Positions 47,117 to 56,847 of a stretch of 64,000 nt of DNA are shown one piece after another. The stretch's first letter is position 1; every line of letters begins with the position of its first letter. The translations under genes were made by a program, and so were the position numbers. The stretch is from an uncultured Acidobacteriaceae bacterium (GTDB lineage Bacteria; Acidobacteriota; Terriglobia; Terriglobales; Acidobacteriaceae), in NCBI GenBank assembly GCA_963709835.1, contig CAVPYG010000089.1, forward strand, positions 11,687 to 75,686, read 5' to 3'. Below the pieces are notes generated by a model. It ran no database searches, was not told the DNA's origin, and was given only the letters and a program-made list of their open reading frames with translations.

Positions 47117-47872
47117 CTAGCGAGATGGCGTAGCGGTTTGCGCAACCACGGTGCGGGGATGTTTGGCGAGAAAGTCAGGCGACTTGAGCCTCTTGGGGAG
47201 AATGAGCGCGGCGGGAACCGCCATGACCAGTATCAGTACATACAGGTTGGTGCGCAGAACGGAGACGAAGAAGCCCTTGCCCTCGGGACGCGAGCTGAGC
47301 CGCCAGATGACCCATTCTTCCCAGATTGTGGTGAGCGTGACGCTGGCGAGCAGGGCCAGAAAGATGGCTACCACCTTGATCGTCCAGTAAAGCATGAGCT
47401 GATGGGTGCGGATCGCGCCTTGGCCCAGCGCAAACAAAATGCAACTTGCCAGCAGCGCGATGGTCATGATCACGGCGAGGAATGCGGGGGATATTCGCGT
47501 CAACCAGGCCAGAGGAGCGACCTTGACGAGCCTTCGCGATGGCAGCCAGCACAGAACAAAGACCAACGGCACTCCGACAATCCAAACGCCAGCGCCGCTT
47601 GCGATCATCGCTGCGACGAGCAGGCCCACAAAGCTCGTCAGCACGTTGCCGAGGAACATTCGCCAAGCGGCGCGAAGATGCGGGAGGCGTCGTTCGAAGA
47701 AAGCGAACAGCGCCGATTTCACGACCACGGCGGCTGCCAGTACGAGGAGCGATTTGGAAAGGACGAGCGGCGTCATGACCTGGAGGAACGGGACCACGGG
47801 CTCGCACGCATGAGCTCGGCTTGCAGCCATCAGCGGGAATGCTAGTAGTAGGAAACGGAAACCTCTAGGCAT
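47117..47872 (-). CDS. Hypothetical polytopic membrane protein
   Basis: 251 aa with 6-7 hydrophobic segments. No family recognised. Confidence 0.55.
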   Translation of the reverse strand: MPRGFRFLLLAFPLMAASRAHACEPVVPFLQVMTPLVLSKSLLVLAAAVVVKSALFAFFERRLPHLRAAWRMFLGNVLTSFVGLLVAAMIASGAGVWIVGVPLVFVLCWLPSRRLVKVAPLAWLTRISPAFLAVIMTIALLASCILFALGQGAIRTHQLMLYWTIKVVAIFLALLASVTLTTIWEEWVIWRLSSRPEGKGFFVSVLRTNLYVLILVMAVPAALILPKRLKSPDFLAKHPRTVVAQTATPSR

Positions 47873-47959
47873 ACGTGTTGTCCCTTCCGCCCAAGTGAAT
47901 GCTTTGGCTGAACAATATCAGGTGAACAACTACAAACGGCTCTCGATTCGGAAACGCCG

Positions 47960-48150
47960 CCCCGCCGAGTCTGATCCTAGCTATTGCGCTCGAACTGGCG
48001 GGCATGCGGCGAACCGTCGAATCGCTTTGCCGCCGATGCCCGGAATTATAGCGCCGCGATGCTGGCAACGCCCGAGTCACGGGCAACGCATCCACCTGCA
48101 CCTGCCGGAATGGCAGGACGGGTTGCGCCGCTATCTCGGGAGCGACGGAT
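47960..48150 (+). pseudogene. Decayed 3' remnant of a second rmlD/rfbD gene
   Basis: 48089-48144 matches 33535-33584 ('catccac..tgccggaatggcagga.gggttgcg.cgctatctcg.gagcg'; 4 mismatches plus one 6-nt indel). Translation gives 'LPEWQDGLRRYL'. Weaker RmlD-like pieces upstream ('ALELAG', 'ARNYSAAM..PES') lie in other frames. Confidence 0.7.
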
Positions 48151-48351
48151 GCGTCTCCCTCCGTTCGTGAGTAGAGTTTGTCCTCGCAATTTTTCAGATC
48201 GTGTCATGTAGCGCTTGACAGACTTTTGCAAAACTAGACAAATCTCTGCATTCATGGCGGTCGCGCAGGGTTATTCTGCCGGTAGCGGGGCTGGGCTGTG
48301 GATTGCGGATTGATCCGCTGCAACGGCTAGGCTCCCAGCCGGAGGAAAAAC

Positions 48352-48870
48352 ATGAAAACCGCGCTTGTCATAATCCTTTTCGCCGCTTCCGCCTTTGCCC
48401 AGGATCAGGCCGCGATCGGCGCCTCCGAAGCTGCGTGCGGCCCCAAGGCAGTCAAATTCGACGCCAAACAAGATGCGACCCAGCATCCGGTTCCCCAGCC
48501 CGATCCGGGCAAGGCTTTGGTCTATGTCATTCAGGACATCGGGGAAATACCATGCACCGGCTGTGCGCTCACCAAAGTTGGACTGGATGGCGCATGGGTT
48601 GGAGCTAACCAGGGCAGTTCTTACTTCTTCTTCGCCGCGGAGCCCGGCGAACGGCATATCTGCGTCAACTGGCAATCGTGGCTTGGATTGCGCTCGCGAG
48701 CGTTTGGGCTGGCGAACTTCACCGCCGAAGCCGGTCAAGTCTATTACTTCCGCGTGCGCATCTTTGAGTCACGGAGCATTTACTACTTCGACCTTGATTC
48801 CACCAACAGCGATCAGGGCAAGTTTCTCGTCGCCTCGTCCGCGTTTAGTGTTTCGCATCCGAAAAAATGA
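48352..48870 (+). CDS. Hypothetical secreted protein (possibly DUF2846-like)
   Basis: Signal peptide 'MKTALVIILFAASAFAQ'. 172 aa. The family assignment is tentative. Confidence 0.6.
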   Translation: MKTALVIILFAASAFAQDQAAIGASEAACGPKAVKFDAKQDATQHPVPQPDPGKALVYVIQDIGEIPCTGCALTKVGLDGAWVGANQGSSYFFFAAEPGERHICVNWQSWLGLRSRAFGLANFTAEAGQVYYFRVRIFESRSIYYFDLDSTNSDQGKFLVASSAFSVSHPKK

Positions 48871-48937
48871 CTCGTTACCCGGAGCGGAACATGGCATTGG
48901 TTCGAAAATCTGAACTTGGCATGGTCGGTTAAGTTTC

Positions 48938-50317
48938 ATGAACTACCGGGCGGCTGGATTTCGAAAATTGAGTTTCAGGTTAGAATCTCTTGACGATGCC
49001 GGAGCGCCCTTGCCGCCACAAATGCCGCCAGATGTTTCGATCCATTCCAGCGTGCCGCACCGGCGATGGCGCATCGCTTTCGTGCTGGCGTTGGGAGTGC
49101 TGGTCAACTTCTTCGACCGGATCAATTTGTCGGTCTCGCGCGATGCGCTTCACGCCTCATTCGGCTTGTCGCTGGTTGCGTTCGGATATCTCTCCAGCGC
49201 CTTCAGTTGGACCTATGCCGCAATGCAACTGCCCACCGGAGTTTTGCTGGATCGCTGGGGAGTGCGGCGCGTGGGGCGAATCAGCGCCTTTCTGTGGAGC
49301 GTTGCGTCGTTTGCGGCGGCTCTCGCTCCCGGCCTGAGGTGGTTTTTCGGAGCGCGCTTGCTTCTAGGCGTGAGCGAGTCGCCTACGTTTCCCGCGAACG
49401 CCAAGGCTTTGGGGTATTGGTTCACGCGCGAGGAAAGAAGCCTGGCCACGGCGATCACCGATGCGGCGGCGAAATTCTCCAACGCTATTGGCGTTCCGTT
49501 TATTGGCTTGCTGCTGTTGTACTTTGGCTGGCGCTGGAGTTTTGCCGCCACCGGGTTCATCAGCTTTCTCTACTTTGTGCTGTTTTACTTTGTGTACCGC
49601 AATCCCAGCGAAGATAAAGGACTGTCGGTTGCGGAACACCGGTTCGTTCTGCAGGGCGGGGCGCAACCGGAGGACCAGGTCAAAGCGCGAAGTGGCAGCT
49701 CGCTGGGCTATCTTTTGCTCCGGCGGAAGGTCTGGGGGTTGGCGCTCGGATGGGGCGCTTACAACTACACGTTCTATCTGTTGCTGACCTGGCTGCCCAG
49801 CTATCTTTCGATTACTCTCCACATGGACCTGTTTCACTCGGTCTTCTACACCAGCGTGCCGTGGTTGTTTGCTACATGCACCGATCTTCTGGTCGGAGGA
49901 TGGCTGGTGGATGCTCTGATTCAGCGTGGCGCCGATGCCAACCGCGTTCGCCAAACCGTGCTGGTGGCGGGCATGGCTTTCGGGCTTGCCATCTTTGGCG
50001 CGGCCAGCGCTCACACTCCCACGGCCGCGCTGATCTGGATCAGCCTTGCTTTGGGAGGACTGGCTGCGGCGGCGCCGGTGGCGTGGACCGTTCCCTCGCT
50101 CATTGCGCCGCGCGAAAGCGTCGGAACGCTGGCCAGCGTCGCCAACTGCTCCGGCCAGATCGGCGCCATTTTCGCACCCATCGTTACCGGATACATCGTT
50201 TCCCTGACTCACTCCTTCGCCGCCGCGTTCGTGACCGCGACCGTAATTCTGCTGCTGGGGATTGTGGGTTATGTGTTCCTGTTGGGACGCATCGAGCCGA
50301 TCCCGGAAGCGGACTGA
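48938..50317 (+). CDS. MFS transporter (anion:cation symporter/ACS-like)
   Basis: About 12 TM segments. '[15 protein letters not shown]' is an MFS motif A-like loop. '[19 protein letters not shown]'. Confidence 0.8.
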   Translation: MNYRAAGFRKLSFRLESLDDAGAPLPPQMPPDVSIHSSVPHRRWRIAFVLALGVLVNFFDRINLSVSRDALHASFGLSLVAFGYLSSAFSWTYAAMQLPTGVLLDRWGVRRVGRISAFLWSVASFAAALAPGLRWFFGARLLLGVSESPTFPANAKALGYWFTREERSLATAITDAAAKFSNAIGVPFIGLLLLYFGWRWSFAATGFISFLYFVLFYFVYRNPSEDKGLSVAEHRFVLQGGAQPEDQVKARSGSSLGYLLLRRKVWGLALGWGAYNYTFYLLLTWLPSYLSITLHMDLFHSVFYTSVPWLFATCTDLLVGGWLVDALIQRGADANRVRQTVLVAGMAFGLAIFGAASAHTPTAALIWISLALGGLAAAAPVAWTVPSLIAPRESVGTLASVANCSGQIGAIFAPIVTGYIVSLTHSFAAAFVTATVILLLGIVGYVFLLGRIEPIPEAD

Positions 50318-50402
50318 ACCAGCCGTCGCGGTGGGCGGAGATTGTAGAGTATTCGCGTCGGGCGCGAACATTGTTCATCCGCGGGCAGCCGCCGCTGATA
50401 GA

Positions 50403-51770
50403 ATGTTCCGCATGAATCCGACGCAATATAACCTTCCTCAAAGCCGCATCCCACAAGCCTGGTACAACATTGTTGCCGACCTGCCGAAGCCGATGGCTCC
50501 GGTGTTGCATCCGGGCACGCTCAAGCCCATCGGGCCCGACGATCTGGCTCCGCTATTTCCGATGGGACTGATTCTTCAGGAAGTCAGCACCGAGCGCGAG
50601 ATCGAGATTCCGGCGGAGGTGCGGCAAGTCTATGCGCAGTGGCGTCCTTCGCCGCTATTTCGGGCGCGGCGACTGGAAAAGGCGCTCGATACTCCGGCGC
50701 GGATTTACTACAAGTACGAAGGCGTGAGCCCGGCGGGTTCGCACAAACCGAACACCGCCGTGGCGCAGGCGTATTACAACAAGCAGGAAGGCACGAAGCG
50801 TCTGGTCACCGAAACCGGCGCTGGACAGTGGGGATCGGCTCTGGCGATGGCCTGCGCGTTCTTTGGATTGGAATGCAAAGTTTATATGGTGCGGGTCAGC
50901 TACGATCAGAAGCCTTACCGCCGCGCCATGATGGAAGTTTTCGGAGCCTCGGTCACCGCCAGCCCGAGCACCGAGACGGAGTCGGGCCGGGCGATTTTGG
51001 CGCAGCATCCGGACTCGAACGGATCGCTCGGCATCGCCATTTCCGAAGCCGTGGAAGTGGCCGCAAAAGACCCTGAAACCAAATACGCGCTGGGCAGCGT
51101 TTTAAATCACGTGCTGCTGCACCAGAGCGTGATCGGCATCGAGACGATCGAGCAGATGGCTATGGCCAACGATGAGCCCGACGTGATTATCGGATGCGCG
51201 GGCGGCGGATCGAACTTTGGCGGCTTAGCTTTGCCGTATCTGGGCCGCAAAATCAAGGGACAGTGCAAAGCGCGCGTGGTGGCCGTTGAACCCTCCGCTT
51301 GCCCTAGCCTGACCAAAGGCCGATTCACCTACGACTTTGGCGACACGGCGCATTTGACGCCGCTGGTCAAGATGAACACGCTGGGCAGCACGTTCGTTCC
51401 TCCGGGAATTCATGCGGGAGGATTGCGCTACCATGGCATGGCTCCTCTGGTGTCGCATGTCATGAACCTAGGACTGATCGAAGCGAGCGCGGTGCAGCAG
51501 CTCGACGCCTTCGCCGCTGGAATTCAATTCGCCCGCGCCGAGGGGATCATTCCCGCTCCCGAAGCCAACCACGCAATTGCCGTGGCGATTGGAGAAGCGC
51601 TGCGCGCCAAGCAGGAAGGAAAGCAGCGGACGATTCTTTTCGTGCTCTCCGGGCACGGAAATTTCGACATGCAATCGTACATCGCCTATCAGGCCGGGAA
51701 GTTGCAGAACTACGAGTATCCGGCGGAAGAGATTGCGATGGCGTTGGCGGGATTGCCTACGGTGGCGTGA
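50403..51770 (+). CDS. trpB2: TrpB2-type tryptophan synthase beta-like PLP enzyme
   Basis: '[13 protein letters not shown]', '[24 protein letters not shown]' (PLP Lys), '[13 protein letters not shown]', '[11 protein letters not shown]'. Start at 50403 or 50412. Confidence 0.85.
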   Translation: MFRMNPTQYNLPQSRIPQAWYNIVADLPKPMAPVLHPGTLKPIGPDDLAPLFPMGLILQEVSTEREIEIPAEVRQVYAQWRPSPLFRARRLEKALDTPARIYYKYEGVSPAGSHKPNTAVAQAYYNKQEGTKRLVTETGAGQWGSALAMACAFFGLECKVYMVRVSYDQKPYRRAMMEVFGASVTASPSTETESGRAILAQHPDSNGSLGIAISEAVEVAAKDPETKYALGSVLNHVLLHQSVIGIETIEQMAMANDEPDVIIGCAGGGSNFGGLALPYLGRKIKGQCKARVVAVEPSACPSLTKGRFTYDFGDTAHLTPLVKMNTLGSTFVPPGIHAGGLRYHGMAPLVSHVMNLGLIEASAVQQLDAFAAGIQFARAEGIIPAPEANHAIAVAIGEALRAKQEGKQRTILFVLSGHGNFDMQSYIAYQAGKLQNYEYPAEEIAMALAGLPTVA

Positions 51771-51915
51771 GTATTGCCGGGGTCGTGGGGTATCCGGCTC
51801 TCTTCGACTTCGTCGATGGCAGATTCATCCGTCAGAATCCGCTAATACTGTCGCGTTAGCGTCGGTGAACTTCTGGTAAACTCGACCGCACAGAGCATAT
51901 CTCAGGGAAACGCCG

Positions 51916-53295
51916 ATGCTAACGGAACTGTCGATCAAGAATTTCAAAGCTTGGCGGGATACGGGAACAATTCGTCTCGCTCCAATCACAGTATTCTTCG
52001 GCAGCAACAGTGCTGGAAAGACAAGTATTCTGCAATTTCTTCTGATGTTGCGGCAGACTGCTGAATCCCCGGATCGGCATCGGGTGCTGCATCCGGGCGA
52101 TAAGAATACGCCGGTCGAACTGGGGACATATCGGGACCTAGTATTCGAGCACGAATTGACGAATGGAATTGAGTTTGCGTTGGTTTGGAAATTGCCGGAA
52201 CCAATGACTGTGCGCGATCCGCTTAAGGGAGACGAGACTAGAGGTAGTTGTATCCGCTTTGAGGCCAAAATCACGTCTGATGCAAAAGGCGCAACTCAGC
52301 AGGTCCAAAGGTTCAAGTATTCGCTAGAGAATGGCAGCTCATCGTTAAGTGTGGAGATGACGCCAGCAGGAAGCAGCACTTCGAAGTACGACCTGAAACC
52401 GTCAGGTTATGACTTGGTACGTAAGCAGCAACGGGTCTGGAAGCTTCCACCACCCATCCGGTTTTACGCGTTTCCAGACGAAGTTGGCGCTTACTATCAA
52501 AATGCAGGGTTCACGAGCGACCTTGCGCTCGAACTGGAGAAGCAGGTCAAGCGCCTGCAATATCTTGGTCCGCTGCGCGAGTATCCGGCGCGGTCTTACA
52601 TCTGGTCGGGCGAGGTCCCTGAGCATGTTGGATGGAGGGGAGAGCGTGCCGTGGAGGCTATGTTAGCTGCTGCCTCTCGAAGCATAGGACCGGGATTCAA
52701 AAAGAGGGTGCAGCCCTTCCAAGCGGTGGTGGCGAAATGGCTCAAGGACTTGGGTCTTCTGCAATCCTTTGAGGTCCACCAAATTGCCGCACACCGGAAG
52801 GAATATGAAGTGATGGTTCAGGCTAGCAGCACGAAGGAAAGCGTCAATTTACCGGACGTGGGATTTGGTGTTTCGCAGGTCCTGCCGGTCGTCGTCCAGT
52901 GCTTCTACGCAAACCCGCACACGACCGTTATTCTGGAGCAACCGGAAATCCACCTGCATCCTCGTGTGCAGTCGGCGCTGGCCGATTTGTTTATCGAGGC
53001 AATCCAGTCGAGAGAAGATGGTGCGGATCGCTCTATCCAACTGATCGTGGAGAGTCACTCCGAGCATTTTCTCAGGCGGTTGCAAACGCGGGTGGCAGAA
53101 AACAAAGTCAAGCCGGAGGATGTCGCCCTGTACTTCTGCCGAACCGGCAGCGATGGCGCCGTTCTAGAGCCACTTGAAGTCAACATCTTTGGCGCTATTC
53201 AGAATTGGCCAGTCGATTTCTTCGGTGACGAGATCGGTGAACTCGCGGCCCGGATGGAGGCTGCGGCGCAACGCGAGAGCGAACTCAAGAAATGA
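51916..53295 (+). CDS. ABC/SMC-like P-loop ATPase (AAA_15/AAA_21-type with DUF3696-like C-terminus)
   Basis: 'LSIKNFKAW' N-terminus, Walker A 'GSNSAGKTS', 'DVGFGVSQVLPVV', Walker B-like 'TVILEQPEIHLHP', H-loop 'IVESHSEHFLRRL'. Confidence 0.8.
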   Translation: MLTELSIKNFKAWRDTGTIRLAPITVFFGSNSAGKTSILQFLLMLRQTAESPDRHRVLHPGDKNTPVELGTYRDLVFEHELTNGIEFALVWKLPEPMTVRDPLKGDETRGSCIRFEAKITSDAKGATQQVQRFKYSLENGSSSLSVEMTPAGSSTSKYDLKPSGYDLVRKQQRVWKLPPPIRFYAFPDEVGAYYQNAGFTSDLALELEKQVKRLQYLGPLREYPARSYIWSGEVPEHVGWRGERAVEAMLAAASRSIGPGFKKRVQPFQAVVAKWLKDLGLLQSFEVHQIAAHRKEYEVMVQASSTKESVNLPDVGFGVSQVLPVVVQCFYANPHTTVILEQPEIHLHPRVQSALADLFIEAIQSREDGADRSIQLIVESHSEHFLRRLQTRVAENKVKPEDVALYFCRTGSDGAVLEPLEVNIFGAIQNWPVDFFGDEIGELAARMEAAAQRESELKK

Positions 53296-53819
53296 GAAGC
53301 GCCAGTCGCCAATGCCGGGTCGTAGACACCAACGTCCTGGTCACCGCAAACCATAGCAATGGTACTTCCTATACATGCGCAAGCCATTGCGCCCAAGCCC
53401 TGCTTCGGATCAAAACGTCGGGCATACTCGCAATCGACGACCGCGGTCGCGTTCTGTCCGAATATCGCCGCTATTGCTCACTTTCCGGGCAGCCCGGAGT
53501 GGGAGATGTGTTCGTTCGCTGGATTCACGACAATCTAGGACGAGAAGAACTGATATGCAAGGTTACGCTTACTCCGAGCGGCGACAATGGCGACTTCGCC
53601 GAATTCCCGCAACATCCAGAACTTGCGGGATTTGATCCGGATGACAAGAAATTTGTCGCAATTGCCAACGCCCACAAGGACACGCCGCCCATCCTTCAGG
53701 CCACCGACACAAAGTGGTGGGGATGGAAAGAGGCGTTGCAAACATGCGGGATAACCGTCGAGTTTCTCTGTCCAGGCGAAATCCAAGCTGCGTTCGAGCG
53801 TAAGTTCAAAGTTCAATAA
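53292..53819 (+). CDS. PIN-like domain protein (putative nuclease), translationally coupled to the ATPase
   Basis: ATGA start/stop overlap with the ATPase gene. 'CRVVDTNVLVTAN' (first PIN Asp) and 'FDPDDKKFVAIANAH' (distal acidic cluster). 175 aa. Confidence 0.6.
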   Translation: MRSASRQCRVVDTNVLVTANHSNGTSYTCASHCAQALLRIKTSGILAIDDRGRVLSEYRRYCSLSGQPGVGDVFVRWIHDNLGREELICKVTLTPSGDNGDFAEFPQHPELAGFDPDDKKFVAIANAHKDTPPILQATDTKWWGWKEALQTCGITVEFLCPGEIQAAFERKFKVQ

Positions 53820-53839
53820 GTACACTCGAGATCCAAGAT

Positions 53840-55204
53840 CTACTCCGGGAATTCGCGGCGCACATACTCCATTGCCGCGTCGCGCGAGGTTAGGCGGGCT
53901 TCCAGCTGGGCGTCTTCGATGGCGATTAGGATTTCTTTGAAGCGGGGGCCGGGTTTGTATCCGGCTGCGATTAAATCCTGGCCGGTGAGCAGCGGAGTGG
54001 GGCGGATGGCTTCCGGCGGCGTCGAACGCAACTGCTCTTGCGAGTACACATAGGAGTCGAGTTGGCCGTGGCTGGAGAGGCAGTCGAGGCGGTGCAGTTC
54101 CAGATGCTCGTCGAAGGCGGGCAGGCGAAGAAATCTTTTCAGCGTGGATTGCTTCATGCGCTGCACATCCTTAAAACGCATGTGATTCTCGACCAGCGCC
54201 AGAATTTGAGCGGTGTCGTGGTTGGAGAAGCGCAGGCGGCGGCAGATTTCGGCGGCCATCTTCACTCCTACATCTACATGGCCGTCGAAGCGGATGCGGT
54301 CGGGGGCGACGCGGAAGGTTGCGGGCTTGCCTACGTCGTGCAGCAGGGCTCCCCAGGCTAGGGTTTTCGAACAAGCTCGGGGCAGTTTGTCGAGCAGGAG
54401 CAGGGTGTGGGTGAAGACGTCGCCTTCGGGATGGAATTGCGGGGGCTGCTCGACTCCCTTCATGGCGGCGATTTCGGGCAGGACTTGGGGCAAGAGGGCC
54501 GTCGTATCGAGCAGCTCGAAAGCTCGGCGGGCGCTGCCTTCGGTGAGCATTTTGGTTAGTTCTTCGCGCACGCGCTCACAGGAGACCTGATGAATTGTGG
54601 GCGCGAGTTTTTGGATGGCTGCCAGAGTTGCGGGATCGATCCGGAAATCGAAGCGGGCGGCAAAACGGACGCCGCGCAACATGCGGAGTTTGTCTTCGGC
54701 GAAACGGCGTTCGGGATCGCCGATGGCGCGGATGATTCCAGCTTTTAGATCGTCTTGCCCTCCGACAAAATCCAAAATTTCGTTGAGCTTCGAATCGGCC
54801 ATTGGATCCAGCATCATGCCGTTGATGGTGAAATCGCGGCGCGCGACGTCTTCGCGGGGGTCTTGGCTGAAGCGGATCTCGTCGGGATGACGGCCGTCGG
54901 AGTAGCCAACATCCGAACGAAAAGTGGCAACCTCGATCGTGGAGCGACGGGCGTCCTCGCCCGTCCCGGCGCGTTCGTCGGGTTGGAACGGCACGAGCAC
55001 GACTCCGAATTGCTCGCCGACGGCTAACGTCTGGGGGAAGATTTGCATGACTTGGCGCGGAGTCGCGTCGGTCGCGACGTCGTAGTCGGCGGGCTCGCGG
55101 TTGAGAAGAAGATCGCGGACACAGCCTCCGGCGAAGTAGGCTTGGTGTCCGTGCTGGCGGAGGGCGCGGACGATTTCGGTGGCGTGTTGTTTGGCGGTCA
55201 GCAT
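53840..55204 (-). CDS. cca: CCA-adding tRNA nucleotidyltransferase (PolyA_pol head + HD domain)
   Basis: 'AYFAGGCVRDLLLNREPADYDVAT', 'RDFTINGM', HD 'LLHDVGK'. Confidence 0.85.
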   Translation of the reverse strand: MLTAKQHATEIVRALRQHGHQAYFAGGCVRDLLLNREPADYDVATDATPRQVMQIFPQTLAVGEQFGVVLVPFQPDERAGTGEDARRSTIEVATFRSDVGYSDGRHPDEIRFSQDPREDVARRDFTINGMMLDPMADSKLNEILDFVGGQDDLKAGIIRAIGDPERRFAEDKLRMLRGVRFAARFDFRIDPATLAAIQKLAPTIHQVSCERVREELTKMLTEGSARRAFELLDTTALLPQVLPEIAAMKGVEQPPQFHPEGDVFTHTLLLLDKLPRACSKTLAWGALLHDVGKPATFRVAPDRIRFDGHVDVGVKMAAEICRRLRFSNHDTAQILALVENHMRFKDVQRMKQSTLKRFLRLPAFDEHLELHRLDCLSSHGQLDSYVYSQEQLRSTPPEAIRPTPLLTGQDLIAAGYKPGPRFKEILIAIEDAQLEARLTSRDAAMEYVRREFPE

Positions 55205-55209
55205 TCAGG

Positions 55210-55303
55210 CATCAGCCGTCAGCCATCAGCCATCAGGAAAGGCAACATCAACCGCAAGTCGTCTAAACTGAAAGCTGATGGCTGACGGCCGAATGCTGAC
55301 AGC
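55210..55303. repeat. Heptamer-repeat arms forming a long inverted repeat in the cca/tsaD divergent intergenic region
   Basis: 'gccgtcagccatcag' (about 55214-55228) is the perfect reverse complement of 'ctgatggctgacggc' (about 55275-55289). Both arms are built from catcagc/cgtcagc heptamers. Confidence 0.7.
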
Positions 55304-55308
55304 TAATT

Positions 55309-56589
55309 ATGCCTGACGCGCTGATCCTCGGCATCGAAAGTTCCTGCGATGAGACAGGGGCGGCGGTAGTGCGTTCAGGGGAAGGGATTCTGTCGAACGT
55401 GGTGGCTTCGCAGATCGCCACGCACCAGCCTTATGGGGGAGTGGTTCCGGAGCTGGCTTCGCGGGAGCACTTGCGGGCGATCGTTCCGGTTGTGCGGCAG
55501 GCGCTGGCGGAAGCGGGACAGACGTATGAATCCGTCGATGCAATCGCGGTCACGCAAGGGCCGGGACTGGCGGGCGCACTGCTGGTCGGCATCAGTTTTG
55601 CCAAGGCGCTGGCCTTCGCGCTCGAGAAGCCGCTGATCGCGGTGAACCATATCGAGGGACACATCCATGCGGTGTTGCTGCATCGTCGACAAATGCAGCA
55701 TAGAAAGAGCGGGGATGGAGAGCTGCAATTTCCCGTGCTGGCGTTGGTGGTATCGGGCGGACACACGCATCTTTATCTGGCGCAGGTGCGGGATAATCTT
55801 TGGACTTACCGGAACATCGGGCACACGCGCGACGATGCCGCGGGAGAGGCGTTCGATAAAGTGGCGAAGCTGCTGGGGCTGGGCTATCCCGGAGGACCGA
55901 TTATCGATGGACTGGCGGGACATGGCGATCCGTTGGCGGTCAAGTTTCAGATAGCGCAGATGAAGCATGCGGACCGGCGCGATCAAAATCGTCCGCAAAT
56001 AGAAGAAGATGGGCCGCACTTTGATTTTTCTTATAGCGGAATCAAGACGGCGGTTTTGCGCTACGTCGAGACCGAGAAGCTGAAACCTGCAATCGAGGCG
56101 CGGCGGCGGACGCTGGCGGGCATCGGCAAGCCTACGGTCGAAGATCTGGTCGGACTCTGCGACCCGCAGACTCTCAATCTGGTGGCTTCTTTTCAGCGCA
56201 CGATGGTCAACGATCTGGCGATGAAGACGCTGGCGGCGGCGCGAGAGTATGACGTGCGCACGCTTTTTGTCAGCGGGGGAGTGGCGGCCAATCGGGAATT
56301 GCGGGCGGCGTTTGAGCGCGACGCGGGGTTGCAGGGGCTTCCAGTTTTCTTTCCGTCGCGCGCGCTTTCTACGGATAACGCGGCCATGATCGCGGCGGCG
56401 GCGTTTCCGAAATTTCTGCGCGGGGAGTTTGTGGCTATGGACGTTCTCGGCGGATGCGGGGATGCGGTTGCTCTGAATGGATCGCCTCGGAATATGGCCT
56501 GCGCGCGCTTGACTTTGCAAGTTTATGTCAATAAAGTAGTTATCGGGTCAGTAAACGGTCAACGCCTTCCGTCACTTTCAGGCATCTAA
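55309..56589 (+). CDS. tsaD: tRNA N6-adenosine threonylcarbamoyltransferase; the 3' end may really be at 56476 (see findings)
   Basis: '[16 protein letters not shown]', 'HIEGHI', 'LVVSGGHT', 'GYPGGPIID', '[12 protein letters not shown]', '[12 protein letters not shown]'. Confidence 0.9.
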   Translation: MPDALILGIESSCDETGAAVVRSGEGILSNVVASQIATHQPYGGVVPELASREHLRAIVPVVRQALAEAGQTYESVDAIAVTQGPGLAGALLVGISFAKALAFALEKPLIAVNHIEGHIHAVLLHRRQMQHRKSGDGELQFPVLALVVSGGHTHLYLAQVRDNLWTYRNIGHTRDDAAGEAFDKVAKLLGLGYPGGPIIDGLAGHGDPLAVKFQIAQMKHADRRDQNRPQIEEDGPHFDFSYSGIKTAVLRYVETEKLKPAIEARRRTLAGIGKPTVEDLVGLCDPQTLNLVASFQRTMVNDLAMKTLAAAREYDVRTLFVSGGVAANRELRAAFERDAGLQGLPVFFPSRALSTDNAAMIAAAAFPKFLRGEFVAMDVLGGCGDAVALNGSPRNMACARLTLQVYVNKVVIGSVNGQRLPSLSGI

Positions 56590-56614
56590 ACCCGTGCTAG
56601 TATCGTTGTGAGTT

Positions 56615-56833
56615 ATGGTTGACAGAGTACAATCCGATTTCCTCGTTTCTGGCCCTTCTTTCGTATCCGGCGCAGCTCGATTGTTTGATTGGTGCGGACT
56701 ATACGACGCTTACAACGTAAGCCGGAATGGTCAAGAAGCCGATGCGAAGGCCATATTTTCGGACTGGCGTATCGTAGGGCAAGACCTCGCCGACGCGATG
56801 GTGGAATTTGAGTCCACTGAAGCTGTAAAATAA
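56615..56833 (+). CDS. Hypothetical 72-aa protein
   Basis: AT-richer cassette. 14-nt gap to the next ORF. No family recognised. Confidence 0.45.
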   Translation: MVDRVQSDFLVSGPSFVSGAARLFDWCGLYDAYNVSRNGQEADAKAIFSDWRIVGQDLADAMVEFESTEAVK

Positions 56834-56847
56834 CAGCTCAATCTATC

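Noticed and set aside
47895-48211. ORFs 47895-48170 and 47984-48211 as real genes
   Set aside because: They are frames through the decayed rmlD 3' remnant. RmlD-like pieces are scattered over different frames, with stops between them.
48216-48246. 'TTGACA-gacttttgcaaaactag-ACAAAT' upstream of the DUF2846-like gene as a promoter
   Set aside because: The -35 box is perfect but the -10 box is poor (3/6 match). It lies ~100 nt from the start codon with no supporting evidence, so it is too weak to list as a feature.
55375-56520. 381-aa minus-strand ORF opposite tsaD
   Set aside because: Shadow ORF with Arg-rich low-complexity sequence. tsaD motifs are unambiguous on the plus strand.
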